Below the pieces are notes generated by a model. That model saw nothing but the letters and a program-made list of their open reading frames with translations. It was not told the origin of the DNA and made no database searches. 64,000 bases of DNA, from contig CBDFIJ010000004.1 in assembly GCA_965248055.1 (NCBI GenBank), positions 256,001 through 320,000 on the forward strand, read 5' to 3'. Of this stretch, positions 19,725 through 30,735 are shown one piece after another; the first letter of the stretch is position 1, and every line of letters starts with the position of its first letter. Source of the DNA: Candidatus Multivoradales bacterium. GTDB taxonomy: Bacteria > Acidobacteriota > Thermoanaerobaculia > Multivoradales > JAHEKO01. The translations under genes were made by a program, and so were the position numbers.

Positions 19725-20650
19725 GAGGGTTCTCCCACAGCGCCACCGAAGATCGTCAATCCATCCTGGGTCAGCCGTGCTGAGGAGCCCAGAGGAAAGA
19801 CGTAGTTGGGTCGCGTGTGACCCAGCGGCAGGCCGATCACCGCCGGCAGGCCGGTTTCTTCGAGCACCTCCAACCAGGTCAAGTCGTCTTTTTCAACGCA
19901 ACCCACGGCGACCCCTTGCACCGAGTCCAAAGCGCCACACTGGGCCAGCTGAGTCAGCATGCGATCCAAACGGTAATGCGGTTCTTCGACATCTTCGAGA
20001 AAGAGAATATCGGAGAGTACCGGGGAATAGTCGGTACCCACCGAGGAAGCCAACATCGACAGACAGCCTCCGCGCACCACTCCGTCCAGCGAGAAGGTAC
20101 CGGTTGAGCAACGGCCCGGAATCATTTCCAGTGGTTCTCCGGCCAACGCCGCCAACAGTGCCTTTCGTTCGTCTGGGTCCAAACCGTCGGCCAGTTCGGG
20201 AGCGATCATCGGACCATGCAAAGTCGCCCAGCCCAAACGGCGTTCAATCTCCAGCAACAACGGAGTGAGATCCGAATACCCCAGGTACACCCGAGGTACC
20301 TTGGCCAACAAATCCCAATCGAGACGCGGGAACAAGCGGGTGACACCATAACCACCCCTGGCAAACCAAATCGCGGTCAGTGACGGATCCCGCAGCAATG
20401 CTTCGAAAGCCTCCAGGCGTTGATCATCAGAACCCGCCAGTGGCCCTTTGCGGGTGGCCAAATTGCTACCCAGTACCGGTTCAAACCCCAGCTCGCGCAC
20501 CGTTTTGACCCCTCGCTGCAAGCGCTCAGGATCAACAGCTCCCGAAAGCGCGGCAATACCAACTCGATCACCGGGCCTGACCGAGCGCGGGATCCTTGTG
20601 CTAGCGCCGCCCTTAGCCATGGGCGGACGAGTTGCTGTCAAACGAGTCAT
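19721..20650 (-). CDS. LD-carboxypeptidase (peptidase S66)
   Basis: RGGYG, GYSDLT, LFLEDV and GH motifs. Confidence 0.92.
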   Translation of the reverse strand: MTRLTATRPPMAKGGASTRIPRSVRPGDRVGIAALSGAVDPERLQRGVKTVRELGFEPVLGSNLATRKGPLAGSDDQRLEAFEALLRDPSLTAIWFARGGYGVTRLFPRLDWDLLAKVPRVYLGYSDLTPLLLEIERRLGWATLHGPMIAPELADGLDPDERKALLAALAGEPLEMIPGRCSTGTFSLDGVVRGGCLSMLASSVGTDYSPVLSDILFLEDVEEPHYRLDRMLTQLAQCGALDSVQGVAVGCVEKDDLTWLEVLEETGLPAVIGLPLGHTRPNYVFPLGSSARLTQDGLTIFGGAVGEPS

Positions 20651-20716
20651 GGTTCAAAAGTACTGCTCCGTGCGCAGTCCATCAAGTTCGAATCATTGAA
20701 AAACACAGTTCAAAAA

Positions 20717-21108
<392 letters not shown>

Positions 21109-21127
21109 CAGGGATATTTTAGCTCAT

Positions 21128-21155
21128 GGGGACACAATACTTTGATTGTGTCCCC
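21128..21155. repeat. REP-like hairpin GGGGACACAAT-N6-ATTGTGTCCCC directly after the uvrC stop
   Basis: Perfect 11-bp stem; the same arms recur at 30627-30721. Confidence 0.6.
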
Positions 21156-23006
21156 TCATTTCTTCTCCACCCGTTCTTCAATCGATAGCGCCTGAATACG
21201 ACGATGGACTTCTTTACCCAGCCGCACACCCAAGATCTCCTGCACCTCCTCCAAGGACGCTTGGCGGATACCGACCACGGAACCGAAGTGGCTCAGCAAT
21301 GCCCGCTTGCGTTTGGGACCGACGCCACGGATACCGTCCAAAGCAGAACGAATCGAGCGTCGACTGCGTTGACGGCGATGGTGACTGACGGCAAACCGGT
21401 GGGCTTCATCGCGAATTCGCTGTAGAAGCTGAAGCGCTGGGTCACTGTGTTCCAGCCGCAGCGGTTCGGGTAGGTGCGGAAGGTAGATTTCTTCCTCCCG
21501 TTTAGCGAGTCCGACGATCGGCGTTTCTTCGACCCCCAAGATGGCCAAAACTGAGAGGGCAGCGTTGAGTTGACCTCGGCCACCGTCGACCAAAATCAGA
21601 TCCGGCATCTCGCCGACCTCGTCCAAACGCCTTTGATAACGGCGCTCGACCACCTCTGCCATCGAGGCAAAGTCGTCGGAGGTGCCGTCCAGGCTCTTGA
21701 TGTTGAAGCTGCGGTACTCGGAGTTACGCATCGTTCCGCCTTCCCAAACCACCAAGGAGCCAACCGGCTCGCCGCCCTGAAAGTTGGAGATATCGAACCC
21801 CTCAATCCGGCGGGGTGCTTCTGGTAGCTCCAGGATCTTGCCCAGCTTCTCCGCCGCCCGAGCATGAGGGTTGTGGCGAAATCGACGCTGAAAAGCCAAC
21901 CGCGCGTTGCGCACCGCCAGTTCCATCCTTTGTACCTTGGGGCCTCGCTGCGGGTAGCGCAAATAGACCCGTTCACCCTTCTTTTCGGCCAACCATTGCT
22001 CTAAAGCCGCCTCCCCCTCGATCGGCGAGGGCAGATGGATCTCTTTGGGAATGAAGGTAGTGGCGGCGTAGACCTGGGGCAGCAGTTCGTCCAACAACCG
22101 GTCCGCGTGCTCTGGGGCGTCGCCCTCGAAAAAGATTTCACGACGATCCAACACCTGACCATCACGCATCACCAAAATCGCGACCGCGGCATTGCCGCCT
22201 GCGATGTGGACTCCGAACACGTCGACATCGTCGCCACGGGTTGAGGCCAGTTTCTGCCGAGCGCCAAGTTCTTGGACCTCGTGCAGGGTATCCCGATGGC
22301 GCGCCGCATCTTCATAGCGCAAGTCGTTGGCTGCGGTGTTCATACTCTGCTTGAGGTCGCGCACCAGTTTCGGCGCGCGACCGGTTAGCAAGGCGGTGGT
22401 TCGATCCACCGATTCCGAGTACTCCTCCTCATTGGTCAATCCGTCGACGCAGGGGCCTAGGCATCGCTTCATGTCGTAGTAGAGACAGGGGCGCGGCAAC
22501 TTGCCGTCAATCTCAATGCTGCACACCCGAATACCAAACATCCGCTGCACCATCTTGATACCGCGGCGGGCAAACCCTCCCGGCAGGTAGGGGCCAAAGT
22601 ACTGCGCCCCATCGTCCTTTACCCGGCGGGTAAAGGCGATCTGGGGATACTGATCGTTGGTCAGTTTGAGGTATGGATAGGTCTTGTCATCGCGCAGTAA
22701 GACATTAAACGGCGGGCGCCGAGTCTTGATCCAGGTTGCCTCCAGCAACAGCGCTTCCTGATCGGTGTCGGTGGTGACGAACTCCAAGCTTTCCGACTCC
22801 TGCACCATCGACTGCAACCGTTGCTCCAGGTCTGCGCGCAGGTACGAAGCCGCCCGCTTGCGCAGTGACCGGGCTTTGCCGACGTAGAGCGCCCGTCCCT
22901 CTTGACCGCGAAAGATATAGATACCGGGCCGGTCCGGGAGCCCGCGAATCGTCTCGATCACCAGCGCACTGGCTGTCGAGGAACCGGCCGACGACGCAGG
23001 GGACAT
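21156..23006 (-). CDS. uvrC: Excinuclease ABC subunit C
   Basis: GIY-YIG (PGIY, LYVGKA), RIEGFDISN, DGGRGQL and RIRDEAHRFA motifs, HhH. Confidence 0.97.
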   Translation of the reverse strand: MSPASSAGSSTASALVIETIRGLPDRPGIYIFRGQEGRALYVGKARSLRKRAASYLRADLEQRLQSMVQESESLEFVTTDTDQEALLLEATWIKTRRPPFNVLLRDDKTYPYLKLTNDQYPQIAFTRRVKDDGAQYFGPYLPGGFARRGIKMVQRMFGIRVCSIEIDGKLPRPCLYYDMKRCLGPCVDGLTNEEEYSESVDRTTALLTGRAPKLVRDLKQSMNTAANDLRYEDAARHRDTLHEVQELGARQKLASTRGDDVDVFGVHIAGGNAAVAILVMRDGQVLDRREIFFEGDAPEHADRLLDELLPQVYAATTFIPKEIHLPSPIEGEAALEQWLAEKKGERVYLRYPQRGPKVQRMELAVRNARLAFQRRFRHNPHARAAEKLGKILELPEAPRRIEGFDISNFQGGEPVGSLVVWEGGTMRNSEYRSFNIKSLDGTSDDFASMAEVVERRYQRRLDEVGEMPDLILVDGGRGQLNAALSVLAILGVEETPIVGLAKREEEIYLPHLPEPLRLEHSDPALQLLQRIRDEAHRFAVSHHRRQRSRRSIRSALDGIRGVGPKRKRALLSHFGSVVGIRQASLEEVQEILGVRLGKEVHRRIQALSIEERVEKK

Positions 23007-23009
23007 CAG

Positions 23010-25001
23010 TTATGCGCTGAAGATCTGCAACTGTTTGAGTTCCTGGATACGATTGCGTAACTCAGCCGCCTCTTCAAATTCGAGTTTTTTGGCCGACGCG
23101 CGCATCGCCTTGTCCAGTCGCTTGATCTGCTGATCCAGCGGCTCATCGGTCAGCTCGCCGATCTCACTCAAGCGGCCAGGAGCCGGCGCGTAAAGGTCTA
23201 GATTTCCCATCTGCACCAACGGATTGTGTACGTCCTTGATGATCGAGGCTGGTTCGATGTTGTTTTCCTGGTTGTACTGATGTTGCCTAGTACGACGACG
23301 CTTGGTCTCGTCGATCGCGATCTGCATTGACTTGGTCATTTTGTCGGCGTAGAAAATCACCCGGCCCTCGAGGTTGCGAGCCGCGCGACCTGCTGTTTGA
23401 ATCAGCGATGTTTGGGAACGCAGAAAACCTTCTCGGTCGGCATCCAGCACCGCTACCAGGGCAACTTCGGGAAGATCCAATCCCTCGCGCAATAGATTGA
23501 TCCCGACCAGCACGTCGAACTCTCCACGCCGTAAGTCGGTGAGAATTTGCACCCTCTCCAGAGTGTCGATGTCACTGTGCAGGTAGCGCACCCGAACACC
23601 CAGCTCATTGAGATAGCGGGTTAGCTCCTCGGACATGCGCTTGGTCAACGTGGTCACCAAAACTCGAAATCCAGCCTCCACGGTGGCGTGGATTTCGCCC
23701 AGCAAGTCGTCGATCTGATGTTTTGCCGGTCTGATCTCGATCTCTGGGTCAAGCAGACCGGTGGGCCTGATCACTTGCTCGACCACCACGCCCCCGGCGC
23801 GTTCCAATTCCCACGGCGCGGGAGTAGCAGAAACGTAGAGACGGTCCCCCACCTTGCGGTCAAATTCGTCAAAGGTCAGCGGCCGATTGTCCAACGCGCT
23901 GGGCAAACGAAAGCCATAATTCACCAGAGTGGTCTTGCGTGATTGATCGCCGAAGTACATGCCGCGCACCTGGGGAATGGTCTGGTGACTCTCATCGGCG
24001 ATCAGCAAGAAGTCCTTCGGCAAGTAGTCGAGCAAGGTCGGGGGCGGCTCACCGGCGATTTGCCCCGAGAGATGGCGCGAGTAGTTCTCGATTCCGTGGC
24101 AGTAGCCAACTTCGCGCAACATCTCCAAGTCAAACAGCGTGCGCTGTTTCAGTCGCTGGTGCTCCAGGAGTTTCTCTTCCTCCTCCAACTTGTCCAATTC
24201 CACAGCCAATTCGGCCTTGATTCCGGCGATCGCCTTGATCAGCGTCTCGCGCGGGGTTACGTAGTGGGTGCGCGGATAAACCGAAACCTTGTCTACTTCT
24301 CGTAGTGGATCGCCCTTGAGCAGATCGAAGAAAGAAATCCGCTCGATCTCGTCACCAAAGTACTCAATGCGAATCCCCTGATCTTCGTACGCTGGAAAGA
24401 TTTCCAGGGTGTCACCACGTACCCGAAACGACCCCGGGAACAGATCCATCTGGGTGCGCTCATACTGCATCTCGGCAAGCTTTCTCAAGGCAACCGACAA
24501 ACCACTCTCCGAGCCGCGTTCAAAGAATTGCAGCATTCCAGAAAACGCCGCTGGCGACCCTAGGCCGTAGATGCAAGAAACTGAAGCGACAATCACCACA
24601 TCGCGACGCTCGAATAACACCTTGGTCGCGCGTAGTCGCAAGCGGTCAATCTCCTCGTTGATCGAGGTTTCCTTCTCGATGAAGGTGTCCGACTGGGGAA
24701 CATAGGCTTCCGGCTGGTAGTAGTCGTAGTAGGAGACGAAGTACTCCACCGCATTGTCCGGGAAGAAACTTCTAAACTCCTGATAGAGCTGCGCCGCCAA
24801 GGTCTTGTTGTGGCTGAGGATGATGGTTGGACGATTGAGTTCTTCAATCACCCGCGCCATGGTGAAGGTCTTTCCGGATCCAGTGACGCCGAGCAGCACC
24901 TGCTCGCTGGCCCCTCGCTGAAAACCTTCGACTAACTCTTGAATTGCTTGCGGCTGATCTCCCGCCGCGGAAAATGGCGAGACAAGGCGGAATCGGTCCA
25001 C
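23010..25001 (-). CDS. uvrB: Excinuclease ABC subunit B
   Basis: [24 protein letters not shown] and [10 protein letters not shown] motifs. Confidence 0.98.
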   Translation of the reverse strand: MDRFRLVSPFSAAGDQPQAIQELVEGFQRGASEQVLLGVTGSGKTFTMARVIEELNRPTIILSHNKTLAAQLYQEFRSFFPDNAVEYFVSYYDYYQPEAYVPQSDTFIEKETSINEEIDRLRLRATKVLFERRDVVIVASVSCIYGLGSPAAFSGMLQFFERGSESGLSVALRKLAEMQYERTQMDLFPGSFRVRGDTLEIFPAYEDQGIRIEYFGDEIERISFFDLLKGDPLREVDKVSVYPRTHYVTPRETLIKAIAGIKAELAVELDKLEEEEKLLEHQRLKQRTLFDLEMLREVGYCHGIENYSRHLSGQIAGEPPPTLLDYLPKDFLLIADESHQTIPQVRGMYFGDQSRKTTLVNYGFRLPSALDNRPLTFDEFDRKVGDRLYVSATPAPWELERAGGVVVEQVIRPTGLLDPEIEIRPAKHQIDDLLGEIHATVEAGFRVLVTTLTKRMSEELTRYLNELGVRVRYLHSDIDTLERVQILTDLRRGEFDVLVGINLLREGLDLPEVALVAVLDADREGFLRSQTSLIQTAGRAARNLEGRVIFYADKMTKSMQIAIDETKRRRTRQHQYNQENNIEPASIIKDVHNPLVQMGNLDLYAPAPGRLSEIGELTDEPLDQQIKRLDKAMRASAKKLEFEEAAELRNRIQELKQLQIFSA

Positions 25002-25007
25002 GGCAAA

Positions 25008-25571
25008 CTAGGCGCGAAGCGGCGCCCATCGCGCCACAGGAGAGAGCGGACCCGAGGTGTGGATCGCCACTGGGATCGCTTCGGTCACAGGAGTAGCCGG
25101 GACCGATTCCTCGACCGGGACCTCCCCAGCCAAAGTGTCGAGCGCCTTGCGCAAGCGTCGATAGTCGTCGACGCTGCGTTCTTTGGGCCCCTTGAAGATC
25201 AGCTCCAGCATGATGGTTTGAAAACCCTGCAACTGCTGAGGATCCACGTCCTCAGCCTTGATGTGCTCTCGAGCCTTGCCGAAGGCAGTGCGCAACTCTT
25301 CCAGTTCCGATTCCTCTAGGTCCTCGGGCGCGTCCGCCAAGAGTTGCTCTTCAAAACGCTCCAAACTCCAGGCAATCAGGCGGTCACTGTTGAATGCCAC
25401 GGTGGCAAAAACGGCCACCGCGACCAACAACAAAACCCCGCATCCAACTCCGACCATCCAACCGCATCCTTTACCACCCAGTTTTCCTCGAGCCGAAGGA
25501 TCAAACGGTACCGGGGTTGCTTCCGGCGGCGCTTCAGAGGGAGAAGAATCGGGTACCAGCGGCTCGTTCAT
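25008..25571 (-). CDS. Hypothetical single-pass membrane protein
   Basis: KGC..GCG followed by a TM helix and a helical domain; co-oriented with uvrB. Confidence 0.65.
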   Translation of the reverse strand: MNEPLVPDSSPSEAPPEATPVPFDPSARGKLGGKGCGWMVGVGCGVLLLVAVAVFATVAFNSDRLIAWSLERFEEQLLADAPEDLEESELEELRTAFGKAREHIKAEDVDPQQLQGFQTIMLELIFKGPKERSVDDYRRLRKALDTLAGEVPVEESVPATPVTEAIPVAIHTSGPLSPVARWAPLRA

Positions 25572-25614
25572 AAGTGATTGCAGCTTACCATCGGCTGGAG
25601 CCTATAATCCGCGT

Positions 25615-28041
25615 GTGGCAACCGTCTCACACAGCGACACAACGGCTTCTGGTACCGGTCCAAAATTCCATCAATCGATCCCCCCCTGGGTCAAGCGCAG
25701 CGCGCTCTGGATTGGCGGAACCGTCTCGATTGGCGCCCTGGCGGGGATTGTCTTTGCCGCGTCGATCAACGTCCCTAAGGTCGACACACTAGAAGGTTTT
25801 CAACCACCGGTGATCACTCGCTTGTACGACGTAACCGGAACTTCCTTCGAGAGCTACGCTCGCGAACGACGGGTGCTGTTTGAGGTTGGGGAAGTTCCGG
25901 AAGTGATTCGCCAAGCGGTGCTCTCGGCTGAAGACTCGAATTTTTTTCGTCACGGTGGCGTCGATATCCGGGGGGTGATTCGGGCGGTGGTGGTTAATCT
26001 AACCCGTGACCGTCGCTCCCAGGGCGGCTCGACGCTCACCATGCAGCTCGCTCGCAGATTGTTCTTGAGCCCTGAGCGGGCCTGGAAGCGCAAGATTGAA
26101 GAGGCCTTCTTGTCGGTCGAAATCGAGAAGAACTACAGCAAAGAGCAGATCCTCACCTTCTACTGCAACTTAATGAATCTCGGGCATCGCAACTACGGCA
26201 TGAAGGCCGCCACGCGCTACTACTTCGACAAAGAGCCAGCTGAGCTAGAAGCTCACGAGGCGGCAATGCTCGCAGGGATTCTCCAACGGCCCGCCGACTA
26301 CAGCCCTTACCGCAATCCCGAGGACACCACCCGGCGTCGCGACTACGTGCTCAGACGGATGCGTGACGAGAGCTATCTTGACCAGCAGGCCTATGAAGCG
26401 GCGGTCGCCAAACCTCTTGAGGTAGTACCACTCCGCTACGACGTGGCGGACGCACCCTATTTCGCCGAAGAAGTGCGTAAGGATATTGAGTCTCGCTATG
26501 GCAAGGACGCCTTGTTGGAGAGTGGTCTCAACGTCTTCACCAGTATGGATCCGCGCATCCAGAGCGCAGTCGAGGCCGCTGTCCGAGCTGGGCTGCGCGA
26601 ACGGGATCGCTCGCGCGGCTGGCGCGGTGCTCATCAACGAGCCGAGGACCTAGCGGCGTATACCAATTCCACCTGGTTGCGTTTTCGTCCCGAACAAGAC
26701 CGCTGGATTGAGGGGTTGGTAATCAACTTGGACGGAGACACAGCACAGGTGAAGATTGTAGACACCACCTATTTGTTACCTCCGGAAGGCTATCGATGGA
26801 CTCGCAGGAGGTTGGGTCAAGTGCTCAAGATTGGAGACGTCGCTTGGTTTTCGTTGGTCGCCCAAGACAACGGTGGGTTTCAGCTCAACCTGGAACAACA
26901 GCCGGACTTGGAAGCCGCAGCAGTAGTGATCGAAAACGGTACCGGGGCGGTGCGCGGCATGGTTGGCGGCTGGGATTTTCAACTCAATCAATTCAATCGT
27001 GCGACCCAAGCGAGTCGCCAAGTTGGCTCTACTTTCAAAGCCTTTGTCTATGGTACGGCCTTGGAGTCTGGATTCACTCCGGCGGACACTATCTTCGACG
27101 GACCGGTGGTGTTTCCGGACGCCAGCGGGCAGGCTGGGTACAGCCCGCGCAATTTTAAGCGTACCTACCATGGCATCCTGACTCTGCGCAGTGCTTTGGA
27201 AAATTCGCGCAACGCGTCTGCAGTCAAGGTGTTGGACTTGATCGGCGTCGAGCGCGTCATCGATTTCGCCCGTAGAAGCGGCATCACTTCCGCGCTTCCT
27301 CCTTATCCCAGCTTGGCGCTGGGAGCCTCGGATTTGACCGCCATCGAGCTGGCTGGCGCCTTTTCGACCTTCGCCAATGGGGGCCTCTATGTTGCCCCTT
27401 ACTTCATTGAACGAGTCGAAGATGCAGATGGCCGCCAGCGGGAAGTCCACCGCATTGAGGCGCATCAAGCAACCTCGCCGGAGGTTGCTTACTTGCTGGT
27501 GCATATGTTGCGCGGCGTAGTCGATCGCGGTACTGCCACGTCGATTCGCAACTTGCCTTTGGACATCGCCGGCAAAACCGGCACCACCAATTCCTATAGC
27601 GATGCCTGGTTCGCCGGGATGACCCCGCAATACACCATCGTCGTCTGGGTGGGCTACGACCAAAAGAGGTCGCTGGGGACTGACGGAACCGGAGGCGCAG
27701 CAGCACTGCCGATCTGGCGGCGGATCGCGGAACGGGGACTGGAAGAGGGTTGGATGCGCTCCGAGGACAGGTTTGTCGTGCCACAGCGGGTTCGCACCGC
27801 CCCAATTGAACTACGTTCCGGATATTTGGCGGGTCCCGCGGCCGATCAGCTGTTCGATGAGGCCTTTATCGACGGTACCCAGCCGTTGCAGATCTATCGT
27901 GCCGAGCGCGGGCGAATTCTGGATCTACCTTGGTATCAACAAGAGGATCACTATCTCCCCAAAACTGGCGAGCGAATGCCGAGTCAAGTCGATGATTGGA
28001 GCCGAGTGCGAGAGCAGTGGGAAGAGCGCTCTAGCAACTAG
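25615..28041 (+). CDS. Class A penicillin-binding protein (PBP1A family)
   Basis: EDSNFFRHGG, QGGSTLTMQL, RKIEE, STFK, SRN and KTGT motifs; GTG 25615 chosen as start. Confidence 0.95.
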   Translation: MATVSHSDTTASGTGPKFHQSIPPWVKRSALWIGGTVSIGALAGIVFAASINVPKVDTLEGFQPPVITRLYDVTGTSFESYARERRVLFEVGEVPEVIRQAVLSAEDSNFFRHGGVDIRGVIRAVVVNLTRDRRSQGGSTLTMQLARRLFLSPERAWKRKIEEAFLSVEIEKNYSKEQILTFYCNLMNLGHRNYGMKAATRYYFDKEPAELEAHEAAMLAGILQRPADYSPYRNPEDTTRRRDYVLRRMRDESYLDQQAYEAAVAKPLEVVPLRYDVADAPYFAEEVRKDIESRYGKDALLESGLNVFTSMDPRIQSAVEAAVRAGLRERDRSRGWRGAHQRAEDLAAYTNSTWLRFRPEQDRWIEGLVINLDGDTAQVKIVDTTYLLPPEGYRWTRRRLGQVLKIGDVAWFSLVAQDNGGFQLNLEQQPDLEAAAVVIENGTGAVRGMVGGWDFQLNQFNRATQASRQVGSTFKAFVYGTALESGFTPADTIFDGPVVFPDASGQAGYSPRNFKRTYHGILTLRSALENSRNASAVKVLDLIGVERVIDFARRSGITSALPPYPSLALGASDLTAIELAGAFSTFANGGLYVAPYFIERVEDADGRQREVHRIEAHQATSPEVAYLLVHMLRGVVDRGTATSIRNLPLDIAGKTGTTNSYSDAWFAGMTPQYTIVVWVGYDQKRSLGTDGTGGAAALPIWRRIAERGLEEGWMRSEDRFVVPQRVRTAPIELRSGYLAGPAADQLFDEAFIDGTQPLQIYRAERGRILDLPWYQQEDHYLPKTGERMPSQVDDWSRVREQWEERSSN

Positions 28042-28128
28042 AACCGAGTAGCCAGCAACGAGCAACCCTCCAACAAGAGTCGAGAGAAAACCGTTGCTAG
28101 TGGTCGGCGAGCAGCGACCGAGGTCGCG

Positions 28129-29367
28129 CTAGCTCTTGGTGCAAATCAGAGCGTAGTCCTGATATCCGTGCAGCAGCTCGTCCAAACGATCCCGAAGCTC
28201 ATTGACCTGTCCAGCCAGTGATCGTAGATCTCCCTCCAGCCCGTCCAACGGAACTTCGGGGAGTCTTTGATCTGCGCTGTAAGGTGCGAAGTCCAGGCGC
28301 TCGATCGAGCCAAAGCCGACCTCTCGGACCAACCACTCCAAAGTGTCCGGGTGAACCGGTCGGATACGGCGGGGGTCGCGCCAAAAATCCCGCGAACCAG
28401 CGACCAGGGACATCGGATTCGCGGTTTCCAAGATCACCACGCCCCCAGAACGCAGTGCTCGGTAGCTAAGTCGAACCAAGCGATCCAGATCCGCCATCGC
28501 CATGCTCTCAATGGTGTGCAAAGAGATCACCGCGGCAAGGCTATCTTGTTCACACTTTTCGAGCGTCTGCAGGGGGTATCCCTGCTCAGCAGCTAGGCCC
28601 TCTTCTTGCCACGAGGCGACAACTGTTGGGTTCGAGTCAACCCAACGCAATTGAAGTTCAGCCTCGGCGAACTGGCGCACCACTTCCCGGTTTCCGCAGC
28701 CAAATCCTAGAACCGGTCCGTCCTGGGGGATCTTTCCCAGATAAGCCGCCACCTGCAGATCTCCAGCATCGACACCTTGATCTTCAGCCAACCCAGCGTA
28801 GGTTGTCTGGCGCAAAGACTCAGCAAGTACAGCCGTCGAGGGGTTGCTCGGGTCGCCGCTGGTGGTCGCTAACGCTTCGCTCAGTGCATGTTGTAAGTCT
28901 CGGCTGCGACGCCGATAGCGGTCGAGTTTCTGATCGACACGAGAAAACAGCGCGTCGTTGTGGTTCATCACGTCTTGCAAACCGTCACGCAGGATCCGAC
29001 TCACCAACACCGCCTGATCGCGCATCTCTTGCAGTCGCCACTCACTCTCGGAGGCTGACTGCTCTAGCAGATTGCTGATTTCAGCGTCGCGATGAGCTAG
29101 ATGGTCCAGAAGGATCTGATTGAAGACCCGTTGACGATCCCAAAGATCGGCGACTGGCGCTTTGAAAAACGGACGCAGCAGGCGCTTCGCCGCGACCGCG
29201 ATGCGGCCCAGGATTCCTGGGCGGCCCTGAATCGGAAACGCCCGATCTTGCTGCCAAAGCTGCCGCCACTCGGCGAGATCGACGCCGGGGTGCTGCCCGA
29301 CCACGGCACCCGAATTCCCGTCGCTCTCGACTGCTGCGCCAGCGGGGGACTCGGGATCCAGGGTCAT
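28129..29367 (-). CDS. Coiled-coil + class I SAM methyltransferase-like protein
   Basis: VLGFGCG (degenerate motif I), LRSGGVVILET.NP, FWRDP...RPVHP and QDYA motifs. Confidence 0.7.
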   Translation of the reverse strand: MTLDPESPAGAAVESDGNSGAVVGQHPGVDLAEWRQLWQQDRAFPIQGRPGILGRIAVAAKRLLRPFFKAPVADLWDRQRVFNQILLDHLAHRDAEISNLLEQSASESEWRLQEMRDQAVLVSRILRDGLQDVMNHNDALFSRVDQKLDRYRRRSRDLQHALSEALATTSGDPSNPSTAVLAESLRQTTYAGLAEDQGVDAGDLQVAAYLGKIPQDGPVLGFGCGNREVVRQFAEAELQLRWVDSNPTVVASWQEEGLAAEQGYPLQTLEKCEQDSLAAVISLHTIESMAMADLDRLVRLSYRALRSGGVVILETANPMSLVAGSRDFWRDPRRIRPVHPDTLEWLVREVGFGSIERLDFAPYSADQRLPEVPLDGLEGDLRSLAGQVNELRDRLDELLHGYQDYALICTKS

Positions 29368-29814
29368 CTACTCTTCGGCTTGTACAGTGACCGAAATCTC
29401 TGGCATCACTTCTGGATGTAACACGATGCGAACCAGGTGTTCGCCCAGCGTCGTGATGCCACCCTCTAGATCAACCGATTTACGATCGACCTCGATTCCG
29501 TCCACCAGTAAAGCGTCAACGATCTCGGCAGCGGTGACAGCTCCATAAAGTTCATCGCCTTCCGAAACTTGTCGGTGCAGCACCACGGCAGCGCCTTCAA
29601 ATTTCTTGGCGGCCTCTTGGGCAATCCCGACCTCGCGCTGAAACTGAACCTCAATCTTTTTGCGAATCTGTCCAAAGTAGTTGCGATTCGCCTTCGTCAA
29701 CTCAAGTGCTAGACCTTGAGGGATCAGGTAGTTACGGGCGTAACCGGGCTTGACGTTGATCTCATCGCCACGCGCCCCCTGATGGACAACATCCTGTAAG
29801 AGAATGACTTTCAT
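29368..29814 (-). CDS. rplI: 50S ribosomal protein L9
   Basis: MKVILLQDV..VKPGYARNYLIP motif. Confidence 0.97.
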   Translation of the reverse strand: MKVILLQDVVHQGARGDEINVKPGYARNYLIPQGLALELTKANRNYFGQIRKKIEVQFQREVGIAQEAAKKFEGAAVVLHRQVSEGDELYGAVTAAEIVDALLVDGIEVDRKSVDLEGGITTLGEHLVRIVLHPEVMPEISVTVQAEE

Positions 29815-29825
29815 CCTTCGTACCC

Positions 29826-30068
29826 CTAGTCGTTGGAAAACGGCAGCAGCGCCAAATGACGTGCTCGTTTAATTGCCTGCGCCAACATCCGTTGATGCCG
29901 TGCGGAGGTGCCCGAAATTCGTCGCGAAATGATCTTGCCGTTTTCCAAGGTCGAACGCTGCAAAATCTGCACGTCCTTGTAGTCTATGTACTCAATCCCA
30001 GCAACGGTGAACCGACAATACTTGCGACGACGGGGAGTGTCGTCCTTCTTGCGTCTTTCGCGTGGCAT
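29826..30068 (-). CDS. rpsR: 30S ribosomal protein S18
   Basis: [16 protein letters not shown] and [13 protein letters not shown] motifs. Confidence 0.97.
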   Translation of the reverse strand: MPRERRKKDDTPRRRKYCRFTVAGIEYIDYKDVQILQRSTLENGKIISRRISGTSARHQRMLAQAIKRARHLALLPFSND

Positions 30069-30475
30069 TACTCGGTCTCCTCTGCCACCACTTCACCGGC
30101 TGGTGGCTCTGACGGGCCTATGCCCACTGCGGCCGCAGCCGGAACAAACTTCTTACCTTTGCGGACAGCCCGCTTGAGATCTTCGTCGGTGCGCACAGTG
30201 AGGTAGCGCAAAACTTTTTCATTCTGCATCATCCTCATCTCCACTTCACGAAACGGCGGAGTAACGTCGTCTGCGACCAGATAGAGAAAGGTGTAGTACC
30301 CCTCGGTCGCCTTGTTAATTAGGTACGCCAAGCGCCTCTTACCCCAGCTTTCTTCCTTGCTGAGCGTGACGCCGTCGACCAACACCAGTTCTTTCACTGC
30401 GTCGACGATTTCTACGTTTTCTTCTTCTGCCACTCGCCCATCTACGACGAGAGTCAATTCATAAGTCCGAGCCAT
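30068..30475 (-). CDS. rpsF: 30S ribosomal protein S6
   Basis: [14 protein letters not shown] and VLRYL motifs. Confidence 0.97.
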   Translation of the reverse strand: MARTYELTLVVDGRVAEEENVEIVDAVKELVLVDGVTLSKEESWGKRRLAYLINKATEGYYTFLYLVADDVTPPFREVEMRMMQNEKVLRYLTVRTDEDLKRAVRKGKKFVPAAAAVGIGPSEPPAGEVVAEETE

Positions 30476-30487
30476 GGTTAATTAAAA

Positions 30488-30535
30488 CCTCCCTTTGGCT
30501 TGCAGCGACGCCCCCAATCGGACGCAGCAGGAAGG
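30488..30535 (-). promoter_or_regulatory. S6:S18 ribosomal protein leader
   Basis: Minus strand CCTTCC...hairpin...CCA-AA-GGGAGG: the stem sequesters the SD and a CCR motif precedes it, immediately 5' of rpsF. Confidence 0.6.
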
Positions 30536-30626
30536 CGATACCGATTGGTACCGCGTTCGTTTGAGCGCAGAGTTTACCAAATCCCTCTGCGCTTTGAGCA
30601 ATCCGAATGTCGTCCCCGCGGGAAAT

Positions 30627-30721
30627 GGGGACACAATCGTTTGATTGAGCCGGAAAGCTCTCCCAACCCATTCCTCTTGGAGAACGGCTATTCGTTTCAG
30701 CTTCGCCTAAGTTGTGTCCCC
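30627..30721. repeat. REP-like inverted pair GGGGACACAA ... TTGTGTCCCC after the hppA stop
   Basis: Arms identical to the 21128-21155 hairpin, separated by 75 nt. Confidence 0.55.
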
Positions 30722-30735
30722 GTCTACAGCCAACC

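Noticed and set aside
25258-25614. N-terminal extension of PBP1A in the ORF track
   Set aside because: Overlaps the opposite-strand gene 25008-25571; the typical PBP starts near GTG 25615
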